Positions 56,204 to 64,000 of a stretch of DNA of 64,000 nucleotides are shown here, one piece after another. Within the stretch, counting starts at the first letter, position 1. Each line of letters opens with the position of its first letter. The DNA comes from an uncultured Lichenihabitans sp. (GTDB lineage: Bacteria; Pseudomonadota; Alphaproteobacteria; Rhizobiales; Beijerinckiaceae): the NCBI GenBank assembly GCA_964245915.1, contig CAXTOT010000007.1, forward strand, positions 21,183 through 85,182. The letters run 5' to 3'. The translations under genes and the position numbers were made by a program. The notes beneath the pieces are model-generated. The model was not told the DNA's origin. It made no database searches and saw nothing but the letters and a program-made list of their open reading frames with translations.

Positions 56204-57115
56204 ATGGCAACGATCTTCATCGACGGCGAGGCGGGCACGACGGGTCTCGGCATCCGCGACCGGTTGGCGAGCCATCCCGGCGTGGAACTGCGCAGCATCG
56301 ACCCAGCCCTGCGCAAGGACCCTGGTGCCAAGCAGGCGCTTTTGGGCGAGGTCGATTTGGTGGTGCTCTGCCTGCCCGATGAGGCCTCGCGCGAGACCGT
56401 GCGGCTGGCCGATGCACTCGGCGGCGGAAGCCCCAAAATCCTCGATGCTTCCACGGCCCATCGCGTGGCGCCGGGCTGGGTCTACGGCTTCCCGGAACTT
56501 GCGGCCGGACAGCCGGATGCGATCCGGCAGGCCAGGCGCGTCGCCAATCCCGGCTGCTATGCCACGGGCGCCATCGCGCTCTTGCGCCCGCTCGTCGATG
56601 CCGACCTCATCCCCGCCGATTTTCCGATCAGCATCAATGCGGTGAGCGGTTATAGCGGCGGCGGCAAATCGATGATCGAGAGCTACGATGCCGGCACGGC
56701 GCCCGACTTCGAGCTCTACGCGCTCGGGCTCGAACACAAGCATCTGCCGGAGATCGAGGTCTATTCGCGGCTGACCCGCCGCCCACTGTTCGTGCCCTCG
56801 GTCGGCAATTTCCGGCAAGGCATGCTGGTCAGCATACCGCTGCATCTCGACGAGCTCCCGGCCAAGCCGACGATCGAGGCCTTGGGTCAGGTGCTGTCCG
56901 AACGTTATGCGGGCGGCACGTTCGTGACCTTTTTGAAGGACGATCAGGGCAAACTCGAACCGCGGTCGCTCAACGACACCAATCGGATGGAATTGCGCGT
57001 GTTCGGCAATGCGGAGCGGCGCCATGCCGTGCTGGTCGCCAAGCTCGACAACCTCGGCAAAGGTGCGTCGGGCGCCGCGCTGCAGAACATCGACCTGATG
57101 CTGGGGCTGGGTTAG
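56204..57115 (+). CDS. argC: N-acetyl-gamma-glutamyl-phosphate reductase, type 2
   Basis: DGEAGTTG, ANPGCY, SGYSGGG, DNLGKGASG. Confidence 0.97.
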   Translation: MATIFIDGEAGTTGLGIRDRLASHPGVELRSIDPALRKDPGAKQALLGEVDLVVLCLPDEASRETVRLADALGGGSPKILDASTAHRVAPGWVYGFPELAAGQPDAIRQARRVANPGCYATGAIALLRPLVDADLIPADFPISINAVSGYSGGGKSMIESYDAGTAPDFELYALGLEHKHLPEIEVYSRLTRRPLFVPSVGNFRQGMLVSIPLHLDELPAKPTIEALGQVLSERYAGGTFVTFLKDDQGKLEPRSLNDTNRMELRVFGNAERRHAVLVAKLDNLGKGASGAALQNIDLMLGLG

Positions 57116-57137
57116 AAGCCCCCAGCACCTCGGCGGC

Positions 57138-57216
57138 TACTGCGAGCGGAGCGAAGCAATCCAGTTTTGCTGAGCGTCCCTGGATTGATTCGGCGCAGGC
57201 GCGCCTCGCAATGACG
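57138..57216. repeat. Palindromic REP-like intergenic element
   Basis: TGCGAG/CTCGCA outer arms, CGAAGCAATCCAG/CTGGATTGATTCG inner arms; resembles the GTCATTGCGAG...GAAGCAATCC repeat type of Rhizobiales. Confidence 0.7.
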
Positions 57217-57228
57217 ACAAATACACCC

Positions 57229-58086
57229 TCAATCCACGGGTTTGGTCCAGGCCACCACCCGTTGGCGCTGCTCGCCCAGGCTCTCGATCCCGAGCGTCAT
57301 GACGTCGCCTTCCTTGAGGTAGACCGGCGGCTTCATTCCCATGCCGACGCCCGGCGGCGTTCCGGTAATGATCACGTCGCCGGGGTCCAGCATCATGAAA
57401 TGCGACACATAGGAGACGATCTTCAGCACGTTGAAGATCATGGTCGAGGTGTTGCCGGTCTGGGCACGCTTGCCGTTGACGTCGAGCCACATCCCAAGCT
57501 GCTGCACGTCGGGGATCTCGTCGGGCGTGACGAGCCAGGGACCCAGCGGCCCGAAGGTTGGGGCGCTCTTGCCTTTGACCCACTGGCCACCGCGCTCGAT
57601 CTGGAACTCGCGTTCGGAGATGTCATTGGCCAGGGTGAAGCCCGCCACATGGGCCATCACCTCGGATTCGTTGATGTAACAGGCGCGCTTGCCGATCACG
57701 ATGCCGATCTCGACCTCCCAGTCGAGCTTGGTCGATCCGCGCGGAACTATGACATCGTCGTTCGGGCCGACCATGCAGTTCGGCGCCTTGGTGAAAATGA
57801 TGGGCTCCTTGGGAACCGGAAGCCCGCTCTCGGCCGCGTGGTCCGCGTAGTTCAGCCCGATAGCGATGAAATTGCCCGGACGTCCGACCGGCGGCCCGAG
57901 GCGGGGGCTGCCACCCACGAGCGGCAGCTCATCGGGTTCGGCGGCCGCGATCCTGGCCAGCGGGGCGGGCGACAGCGCATCTCCCGCGAGATCCGGCACC
58001 AGGCCGCTCAGGTCGCGAATCCTGCCAGGACCTTCGTAAAGACCTGGCTTCTCACGTCCCGCGTCACCAAAGCGAACCAGTTTCAT
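57229..58086 (-). CDS. Fumarylacetoacetate hydrolase family protein
   Basis: IGLNY, DWEVE, NDISER, KGK, TGTPPGVG. Confidence 0.95.
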   Translation of the reverse strand: MKLVRFGDAGREKPGLYEGPGRIRDLSGLVPDLAGDALSPAPLARIAAAEPDELPLVGGSPRLGPPVGRPGNFIAIGLNYADHAAESGLPVPKEPIIFTKAPNCMVGPNDDVIVPRGSTKLDWEVEIGIVIGKRACYINESEVMAHVAGFTLANDISEREFQIERGGQWVKGKSAPTFGPLGPWLVTPDEIPDVQQLGMWLDVNGKRAQTGNTSTMIFNVLKIVSYVSHFMMLDPGDVIITGTPPGVGMGMKPPVYLKEGDVMTLGIESLGEQRQRVVAWTKPVD

Positions 58087-58163
58087 ATCCATCCCTCACG
58101 GTCGGGTTTTTCTAAACGGGCGGACTATGCTGTCTCGGCCAACGGGCCGCAAGGGCGCGGGGA

Positions 58164-60404
58164 TCAGGAGCGGATCTTCACGTAAGAGCCGGGCGCATCC
58201 TCCAGCGGCTCGATCACGCCGCCGCCGGGCTGGCGCGCCGGGACGGCTTCGGGTGCCTGGGCGCGGAGCCATTCGAACCAGTCCGTCCACCAGCTTCCCG
58301 GCTGTTGGTTCGCGGCCTCGAGCCAGTCGTTGAAGGTGCCCTTCGGCTCGGGGCCGAGCCAGTAGCCGTATTTGGCCCTACTGGGCGGATTCACGACCCC
58401 CGCGATATGGCCGGAACCCGCCAGCACGTAGCGGACGGGGCCGCCGAAGAACCGCGACCCCTCGAACACCGAGCGGGCCGGCGCGATGTGATCCTCCCGG
58501 GTCGCCAGATTGTAGATAGGGATGGTGATGCGGCCGAGGTCGAGCCGTTCGCCCCCGATCTCCATCAGGCCGCGGGTGAGGTTGTTCTCGAGGTAGCAAT
58601 TGCGCAGATAGAAGGAATGATTGGCGGCCGGCATCCGGGTCGAATCGGAATTCCAGGCCAGGAGGTCGAAGGGCGCAGGCTCTTTGCCCTTGAGGTAATT
58701 GTTGACCACGTAGGACCAGATAAGGTCGTCGGGCCGCAGCATGTTGAAAGCCTGGGCCATTTTGGTGCCCTTGAGAAAGCCGAATTCGCTCATCTGGGCT
58801 TCGACGGCCCGGATCTGGGCCTCGTCGGCAAACGCCTTTAGGTCGCCGGCATGGCCAAAATCCACCTGCGTGGTGAAGAGCGTTGCACTCGACACGCGAG
58901 AATCTTGCCGGGCCGCCATATAGGCCAGGGCCACGGCGAGGAGCGTTCCGCCCACGCAATAGCCGATCGTCGCGACGTCTTTTTCACCGGTCGCCGTCGC
59001 GATCGTATCCAGCGCCGCGAAGATGCCCTCGCGCATATAGGCTTCCCAGTCCTTGCCGGCGTGCCGGGCATCCGGGTTGATCCAGGAGATCACGAACACC
59101 GTGAGCCCTTGCCCGACCGCCCAGCGGATGAAGGATTTGTCCGGGTTGAGGTCGAGGATGTAGAATTTGTTGATCCACGGCGGCACGATCAGGAGGGGAC
59201 GCTTCAGCACGGTCTCGGTAGACGGAGCGTATTGCAGCAGTTCCATGAGGTCGTTGCGGAAAACGACCTTGCCCGGCGTCAGCGCCATGTTGACGCCGAG
59301 GGCGAATTTGGTCGCGTCGGTCTGACGAAGCTTGAGGTCGCCTTGACCCGCCGCGATATCCTCGGCGAGCATTTCCATGCCGCGCACCAGGTTGGCGCCG
59401 TTCTGCTTGATGGTTTCCCGCAGCAGTTCGGGATTCGTCGGCACGAAGTTGGAGGGTGAGAACGCGCTTGAAATCTGGCGCATATAGAAGCGCGCCTTCT
59501 CCCTCGTGGGCTCGTCCAGACTTTCGGCACCCTCGACCATTTGGCTCGCCCAGTCGGTTCCGATCAGATAGGCCCTGCGGACGAAATCGAAGAAGGGATT
59601 GTCGCGCCATTCCGGGTCGGCGAAGCGCTTGTCGCCGCTACTCGGCTCTGGCCCTGAGCCGTGATCTTCCCCCGGCCCGGAGGCGAACCGCTGCAGGCTG
59701 CTGGCCCAAAGATCGACGAACTGCGACGACAGGGCCGTCTGCGCCTCGATCAGCCGGCTTGGATCGGTCAACCAATGTTCGGCAACTTTGCCGAGCGTCC
59801 TGACGATGCCGGACACGTCGTCGGAAAAAGGACGAGCGGCCGCCTTCTGTTCGCGTGCGCTGAAATAGGCGGACGCGAGCTTGCTGCCCTGCTCTAACAA
59901 ACGGCCCATGTTCTGCGACAGGGCGTCAAAATCAGGGATCGCGGCCGGTGACGCGACGCCGGGCCGAGGGCTCGACGGACTGGCCTGGCTTGGAGCCGCG
60001 GCAGATTCGGTCGACGGTCTCGAGAGGGAAGGCTGGGCATCGTGGGCCGATTCCCGGTCGAGAGATCTTTGGTCGTTCGCGCCAGGGGGTCGTGTATCGG
60101 CCGTCTCGAGGGATGGAGGCGGCTCTCGCTTGGCGACACCGTCGTGCAGCACGGTGTCCACGGCCTCGTCAAGGATCGACGAAGCTGGTTTGGCAGCCGG
60201 ACGGGACAGGCGTGCCACCAGGCTGGATGGTTCCGTCCGGGCCGAAACCGAGCGCAGCTTCGCGGCCTTGGGCCGTTTTGACGCTTTGCCCTCGGGGATC
60301 TCCGCAGCAAGGAGCGTTTCGGCGGGCGGCACCACCGGAGCCTCTTCGCGCGCCTCGGATTTCCGGCGCTTCGACGCTGGCCGATGTGATTTCTTTGTCG
60401 TCAC
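58164..60404 (-). CDS. phaC: Class I polyhydroxyalkanoate synthase with long N-terminal extension
   Basis: PPWINKFYILDL, lipase-like box GYCVGG, DHIAP, SGHIAG, GSWW. Confidence 0.96.
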   Translation of the reverse strand: MTTKKSHRPASKRRKSEAREEAPVVPPAETLLAAEIPEGKASKRPKAAKLRSVSARTEPSSLVARLSRPAAKPASSILDEAVDTVLHDGVAKREPPPSLETADTRPPGANDQRSLDRESAHDAQPSLSRPSTESAAAPSQASPSSPRPGVASPAAIPDFDALSQNMGRLLEQGSKLASAYFSAREQKAAARPFSDDVSGIVRTLGKVAEHWLTDPSRLIEAQTALSSQFVDLWASSLQRFASGPGEDHGSGPEPSSGDKRFADPEWRDNPFFDFVRRAYLIGTDWASQMVEGAESLDEPTREKARFYMRQISSAFSPSNFVPTNPELLRETIKQNGANLVRGMEMLAEDIAAGQGDLKLRQTDATKFALGVNMALTPGKVVFRNDLMELLQYAPSTETVLKRPLLIVPPWINKFYILDLNPDKSFIRWAVGQGLTVFVISWINPDARHAGKDWEAYMREGIFAALDTIATATGEKDVATIGYCVGGTLLAVALAYMAARQDSRVSSATLFTTQVDFGHAGDLKAFADEAQIRAVEAQMSEFGFLKGTKMAQAFNMLRPDDLIWSYVVNNYLKGKEPAPFDLLAWNSDSTRMPAANHSFYLRNCYLENNLTRGLMEIGGERLDLGRITIPIYNLATREDHIAPARSVFEGSRFFGGPVRYVLAGSGHIAGVVNPPSRAKYGYWLGPEPKGTFNDWLEAANQQPGSWWTDWFEWLRAQAPEAVPARQPGGGVIEPLEDAPGSYVKIRS

Positions 60405-60548
60405 CCCAATCCCCCTCGGCGCCTGATCCCGCCAAGAACCCGACCCTTGGGCTCGGTCCCGTTTCAGTCATATTGAATGGATAATGCCTTAGGGACCGCT
60501 CGCGTGCGTTCTCAATGCAGATAATTCCGCGAGCCCTGGATACCAGTC

Positions 60549-60980
60549 ATGGCCCAGACGCCACAAAGACCCGTTTCGTCCTCCCTTCGTCGATGCGTCG
60601 GGACCCCCGTGGCGGTTCTGCTCTTGGGGATTGCACTCGCAACCCCGGCAGGAGCGCAAACGGCCTCTTCCGAGGCAACCCAGTCCGAAGGCTCATTCGA
60701 CGGCCTGCTTCGGGCCTTGAACCTCAAGGCCACAATGACGCCACCGGCCGATTTCGTGCAGAGGACCCGGCCATCCGACGACAAGCTTGAATTCATGCCG
60801 GTCGGCGTTCAGCATCCCGTCAGGCCGGTCAAGACCATGACGCCCGCCGAAGTCGCGGCGACCACCAACGAGCTCGATGCGGCCCGCATGGCGCAGCAGC
60901 GCAGGGTCGGCCTAAAGCCGGTCGCGGTGCCGGACAAAAACGCCTCCTCGGCCAAGGTCAAAACGCAAGCGATTCATTAA
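60549..60980 (+). CDS. Hypothetical exported protein
   Basis: Signal-peptide-like N-terminus (AGA-Q), fills the gap between phaC and the aminotransferase. Confidence 0.65.
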   Translation: MAQTPQRPVSSSLRRCVGTPVAVLLLGIALATPAGAQTASSEATQSEGSFDGLLRALNLKATMTPPADFVQRTRPSDDKLEFMPVGVQHPVRPVKTMTPAEVAATTNELDAARMAQQRRVGLKPVAVPDKNASSAKVKTQAIH

Positions 60981-61057
60981 CCAATTCCCATGGACATTGG
61001 CTTCATGTGCGTCTAGCGCTGCCAAGACGATCGACTACTCCCGACAGGTCCAAGGTC

Positions 61058-62275
61058 ATGAGCGACTTTCATCGCGTGCGGCGTCTGCCGCCTTACGTTT
61101 TCGAGCAGGTCAACCGCTTGAAGGCCGAGGCTCGCAACGCTGGCGCCGATATCGTCGATCTCGGTATGGGCAACCCGGACCTGCCGGCGCCCAAACATGT
61201 CATCGACAAACTCGTCGAGACGGTGGGCAAGCCGCGCACCGACCGCTATTCGGCTTCCAAAGGCATTTCGGGCCTGCGCCGCGCCCAGGCCGGCTATTAC
61301 GCGCGCCGCTTCGGCGTCAAGCTCGATCCCGACAAGCAGGTCGTGGCGACACTCGGCTCCAAGGAGGGCTTCGCCAACATGGCGCAGGCCATTACGGGCC
61401 CGGGTGACGTGGTGCTTGTGCCCAATCCGTCCTACCCGATCCATGCCTTCGGGTTCCTGATGGCGGGCGGCGTGATCCGGTCGGTGCCGGCCGAGCCGAC
61501 CCCCAGCTTCTTCGTCTCGCTCGAACGCGCGGTTGTGCATTCCATCCCGAAGCCGATCGCGGTCGTGGTCTGCTACCCGTCCAACCCAACCGCCATGGTG
61601 GCGTCGCTCGATTTCTACCGGGACCTCGTGGCCTTTGCCAAAAAGCACGAGATCTTCATCCTGTCGGATCTTGCCTATTCGGAGGTCTATTTCGACGGCG
61701 CGCCGCCCCCCTCGGTGTTGCAGGTGCCTGGCGCGATGGACGTGACGGTGGAGTTCACCTCCATGTCCAAAACCTTTTCCATGCCGGGCTGGCGCATCGG
61801 GTTTGCAGTCGGCAACGAGCGTCTGCTTGCGGCGCTGACGCGGGTGAAAAGCTATCTCGACTACGGGGCCTATACGCCCATCCAGGTGGCGGCCGCGGCG
61901 GCCCTCAACGGCCCGGAAGATTGCATCGTCGAGATGCGTGACATCTACCGGCAGCGCCGCGACGTGATGGTGGAGAGTTTTGCGGCCGCGGGGTGGACCG
62001 TTCCGGCGCCGGCGGCCTCGATGTTCGCTTGGGTTCCGATCCCGGAGAAATTCCGCCATCTCGGCAGCTTGGAATTCTCCAAACTGCTCATCGAAAAGGC
62101 CGACCTCGCGGTCGCACCGGGCGTGGGTTTCGGCGAACACGGCGACGACTTCGTTCGGTTGGCCCTGGTCGAGAACGAGCAGCGCATTCGCCAGGCCGCC
62201 CGCGGGATCCGTCGTTTCTTCGACACCGCTGACGCCAAGCTCCATAACGTGGTGCAGTTGAAGAAACAGGCCTGA
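61058..62275 (+). CDS. Class I aminotransferase (AlaC / LL-diaminopimelate aminotransferase-like)
   Basis: RLPPYVF, GMGNPD, GSKEG, DLAY, SMSKTFSMPGWRIG. Confidence 0.92.
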   Translation: MSDFHRVRRLPPYVFEQVNRLKAEARNAGADIVDLGMGNPDLPAPKHVIDKLVETVGKPRTDRYSASKGISGLRRAQAGYYARRFGVKLDPDKQVVATLGSKEGFANMAQAITGPGDVVLVPNPSYPIHAFGFLMAGGVIRSVPAEPTPSFFVSLERAVVHSIPKPIAVVVCYPSNPTAMVASLDFYRDLVAFAKKHEIFILSDLAYSEVYFDGAPPPSVLQVPGAMDVTVEFTSMSKTFSMPGWRIGFAVGNERLLAALTRVKSYLDYGAYTPIQVAAAAALNGPEDCIVEMRDIYRQRRDVMVESFAAAGWTVPAPAASMFAWVPIPEKFRHLGSLEFSKLLIEKADLAVAPGVGFGEHGDDFVRLALVENEQRIRQAARGIRRFFDTADAKLHNVVQLKKQA

Positions 62276-62324
62276 CCGCCAACCTGTCCTCCAGGAGCGG
62301 GCTTCCCGCCCGGGAGAACGCGGC

Positions 62325-63083
62325 ATGACGAACGCCATCGACGAAGCGCGGGATCGTCTGGCGGCGCTGATCGACGGCGCCTCACGGGTCGTGGCCTTTA
62401 CCGGTGCCGGCATCTCCACCGAATGCGGCGTTCCCGATTTCCGCTCGGCCGACAGCCCGTGGCGGCGGTACCCCCCCATCGGTTTCCGGGACTGGCTGTC
62501 GAGTCCCTCCGTGCGCGTGGAGGCCTGGCGCCGCAAGTTCGCGATGGATGACATCTACGCGGGCGCAGAGCCCGGCCGCAGCCACAAGGCGCTGGCCCGT
62601 CTGGCCGCCGACGGTCGCGTCACGACCGTGGTGACCCAGAACATCGACGGGCTTCATCAGGCCGCTGGCCTGCCCCTCGACCGGCTCGTCGAACTGCATG
62701 GCAACGGCACCTATGCACGCTGCCTGTCCTGCGAGAAAACGTTCGATCTCGCCCTGGTGCGCAACGAGTTGGAGGAGACCGGCGAGCCATCCGGATGCCC
62801 TTGCGGCGGCCTGATCAAATCCGCCACGATCGCGTTCGGCCAACCGCTGCCACAAGACGCGCTTCGCAGAGCTCAGGAGGCCGCGCTCGATTGCGACCTC
62901 ATGCTGGCGTTGGGGTCGTCGCTCTTGGTTCAACCCGCCGCGACGCTTCCGGTTCTGGCCAAGCGCAATGGCGCGGTCCTGGTGATCGTCAACCGCGATA
63001 CGACGCCTCTCGACGACGTGGCGGACCTCGTGATCCGGGAGGATGTCGGTGCCGTCCTGCAGCCCTGGTGCGCGGCGGCATAG
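62325..63083 (+). CDS. Sir2 family NAD-dependent protein deacylase (CobB-like)
   Basis: GAGIS, PDFR, TQNIDGLH, HG, Cys zinc site, GSSL, N-R. Confidence 0.94.
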   Translation: MTNAIDEARDRLAALIDGASRVVAFTGAGISTECGVPDFRSADSPWRRYPPIGFRDWLSSPSVRVEAWRRKFAMDDIYAGAEPGRSHKALARLAADGRVTTVVTQNIDGLHQAAGLPLDRLVELHGNGTYARCLSCEKTFDLALVRNELEETGEPSGCPCGGLIKSATIAFGQPLPQDALRRAQEAALDCDLMLALGSSLLVQPAATLPVLAKRNGAVLVIVNRDTTPLDDVADLVIREDVGAVLQPWCAAA

Positions 63084-63260
63084 TCGCATTGCAGCAACAT
63101 CCTGTTCATACGCGGTCCAAATCCGGTTTTCCGCCTTTGTGGCCTTGGGCCGAATGGTATGGTCCAGCTATGGCGACGATCGCTTGATTCGTGACGGCTC
63201 CCGGAAACGGGAGCCCACCTACGACCAGACTGTTGTTCGGGTTTCGTGCGCCTGAGTGGG

Positions 63261-63854
63261 ATGGGTCCGTTGGGCAGCAAAGACTTTTCGAACCACGCCG
63301 TTTTCGAAGGATCGATCGACCCCGCCGACCAGGGTGAACTGTCGGTCACCGAGATGGCGGGCCAGATCAAATGGTTCGACGTCGCCAAGGGATATGGCTT
63401 CATCGTGCCCGATGAGGGCGGTGCTGATGTCCTCCTTCACGTGACGACCCTGCGACGCGATGGTCATGTGACGGCGCGGGAGGGAGCCAGGGTCGTTTGC
63501 GAGGTGCTGCAGCGTCCCAAAGGCCTGCAGGTCTTCCGCGTCTTGTCGCTCGATCTCTCCACCGCCGTGCATCCGTCCCAAAACCCGCCGCCGCGCACGC
63601 ATGCGCAGGTGGTCCCGACCGGCGGCTTCGAGATTGCGATCTGCAAATGGTTCAATCGCGTGCGGGGTTTCGGTTTCCTCTCGCGCGGCGAAGGGACCGA
63701 GGACATCTTCGTCCACATGGAAACCTTGCGGCGCTATGGAATCGCCGAGCTGAAGCCGGGCGACAGCTTTCTGGTCCGCTTCGGCGATGGTCCGAAAGGG
63801 CTGATGGCGGCCGAGATTCGGCCGTTGGATGCGCCAAATCCGGCCGCACATTGA
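63261..63854 (+). CDS. Cold-shock protein with two CSD domains
   Basis: KWFD..KGYGFI/VLLH and KWFN..RGFGFL/IFVH repeats. Confidence 0.93.
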   Translation: MGPLGSKDFSNHAVFEGSIDPADQGELSVTEMAGQIKWFDVAKGYGFIVPDEGGADVLLHVTTLRRDGHVTAREGARVVCEVLQRPKGLQVFRVLSLDLSTAVHPSQNPPPRTHAQVVPTGGFEIAICKWFNRVRGFGFLSRGEGTEDIFVHMETLRRYGIAELKPGDSFLVRFGDGPKGLMAAEIRPLDAPNPAAH

Positions 63855-63881
63855 AAAAGGCGGAGCGCGTCGCGCTCCGCC
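63855..63881. terminator. Hairpin after the cold-shock gene
   Basis: AAAA-GGCGGAGCGC-GTC-GCGCTCCGCC. Confidence 0.6.
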
Positions 63882-64000
63882 CGAAATCATATCGATCCAT
63901 GACGCTGCGCCTCGTGGCGGCGCATAAGGATCAGAAATCGGCCCAATTGTGGTTGTGCCAGTATCCGCGACCCTCGTGCTCGCGCCAGGCGAAGTGATCG

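Noticed and set aside
62325-63083. Sir2 protein as a possible anti-phage defence component
   Set aside because: Ordinary stand-alone zinc-binding CobB-type deacylase; no TIR, HerA, Argonaute or other defence partner nearby
63899-63997. Short ORF at the window end
   Set aside because: 32 codons, no clear RBS or recognisable motif

Overview
GC-rich alphaproteobacterial chromosome segment (Hyphomicrobiales/Rhizobiales; Beijerinckiaceae-like by gene order and protein style, which is an inference). It is almost all core genes: guaB, accCB-aroQ, rne/amiC/mrcA, der, dnaB-alr-radA-cvpA-purF, the rpsB-tsf-pyrH-frr-uppS-cdsA-dxr-rseP-bamA-lpxD-fabZ-lpxA-lpxB cluster, part of a upp-like polysaccharide locus, ctaA, rplM-rpsI, argC, phaC, an aminotransferase, a sirtuin and a two-domain cold-shock protein. 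I saw no rRNA, tRNA, CRISPR array, prophage, integrase or transposase. Main oddities: (1) a translationally coupled cytochrome P450 + lipid A late-acyltransferase-like pair between amiC and mrcA; (2) an intact MetY homolog that has lost the PLP lysine and its other catalytic motifs, next to a CoA-binding protein; (3) no lpxI between lpxA and lpxB; (4) a 50-aa lipoprotein missing from the ORF track; (5) an apparently exported chorismate-lyase-like protein; (6) two multibranched palindromic REP-like elements. All calls come from recognising motifs by eye; no database search was run.
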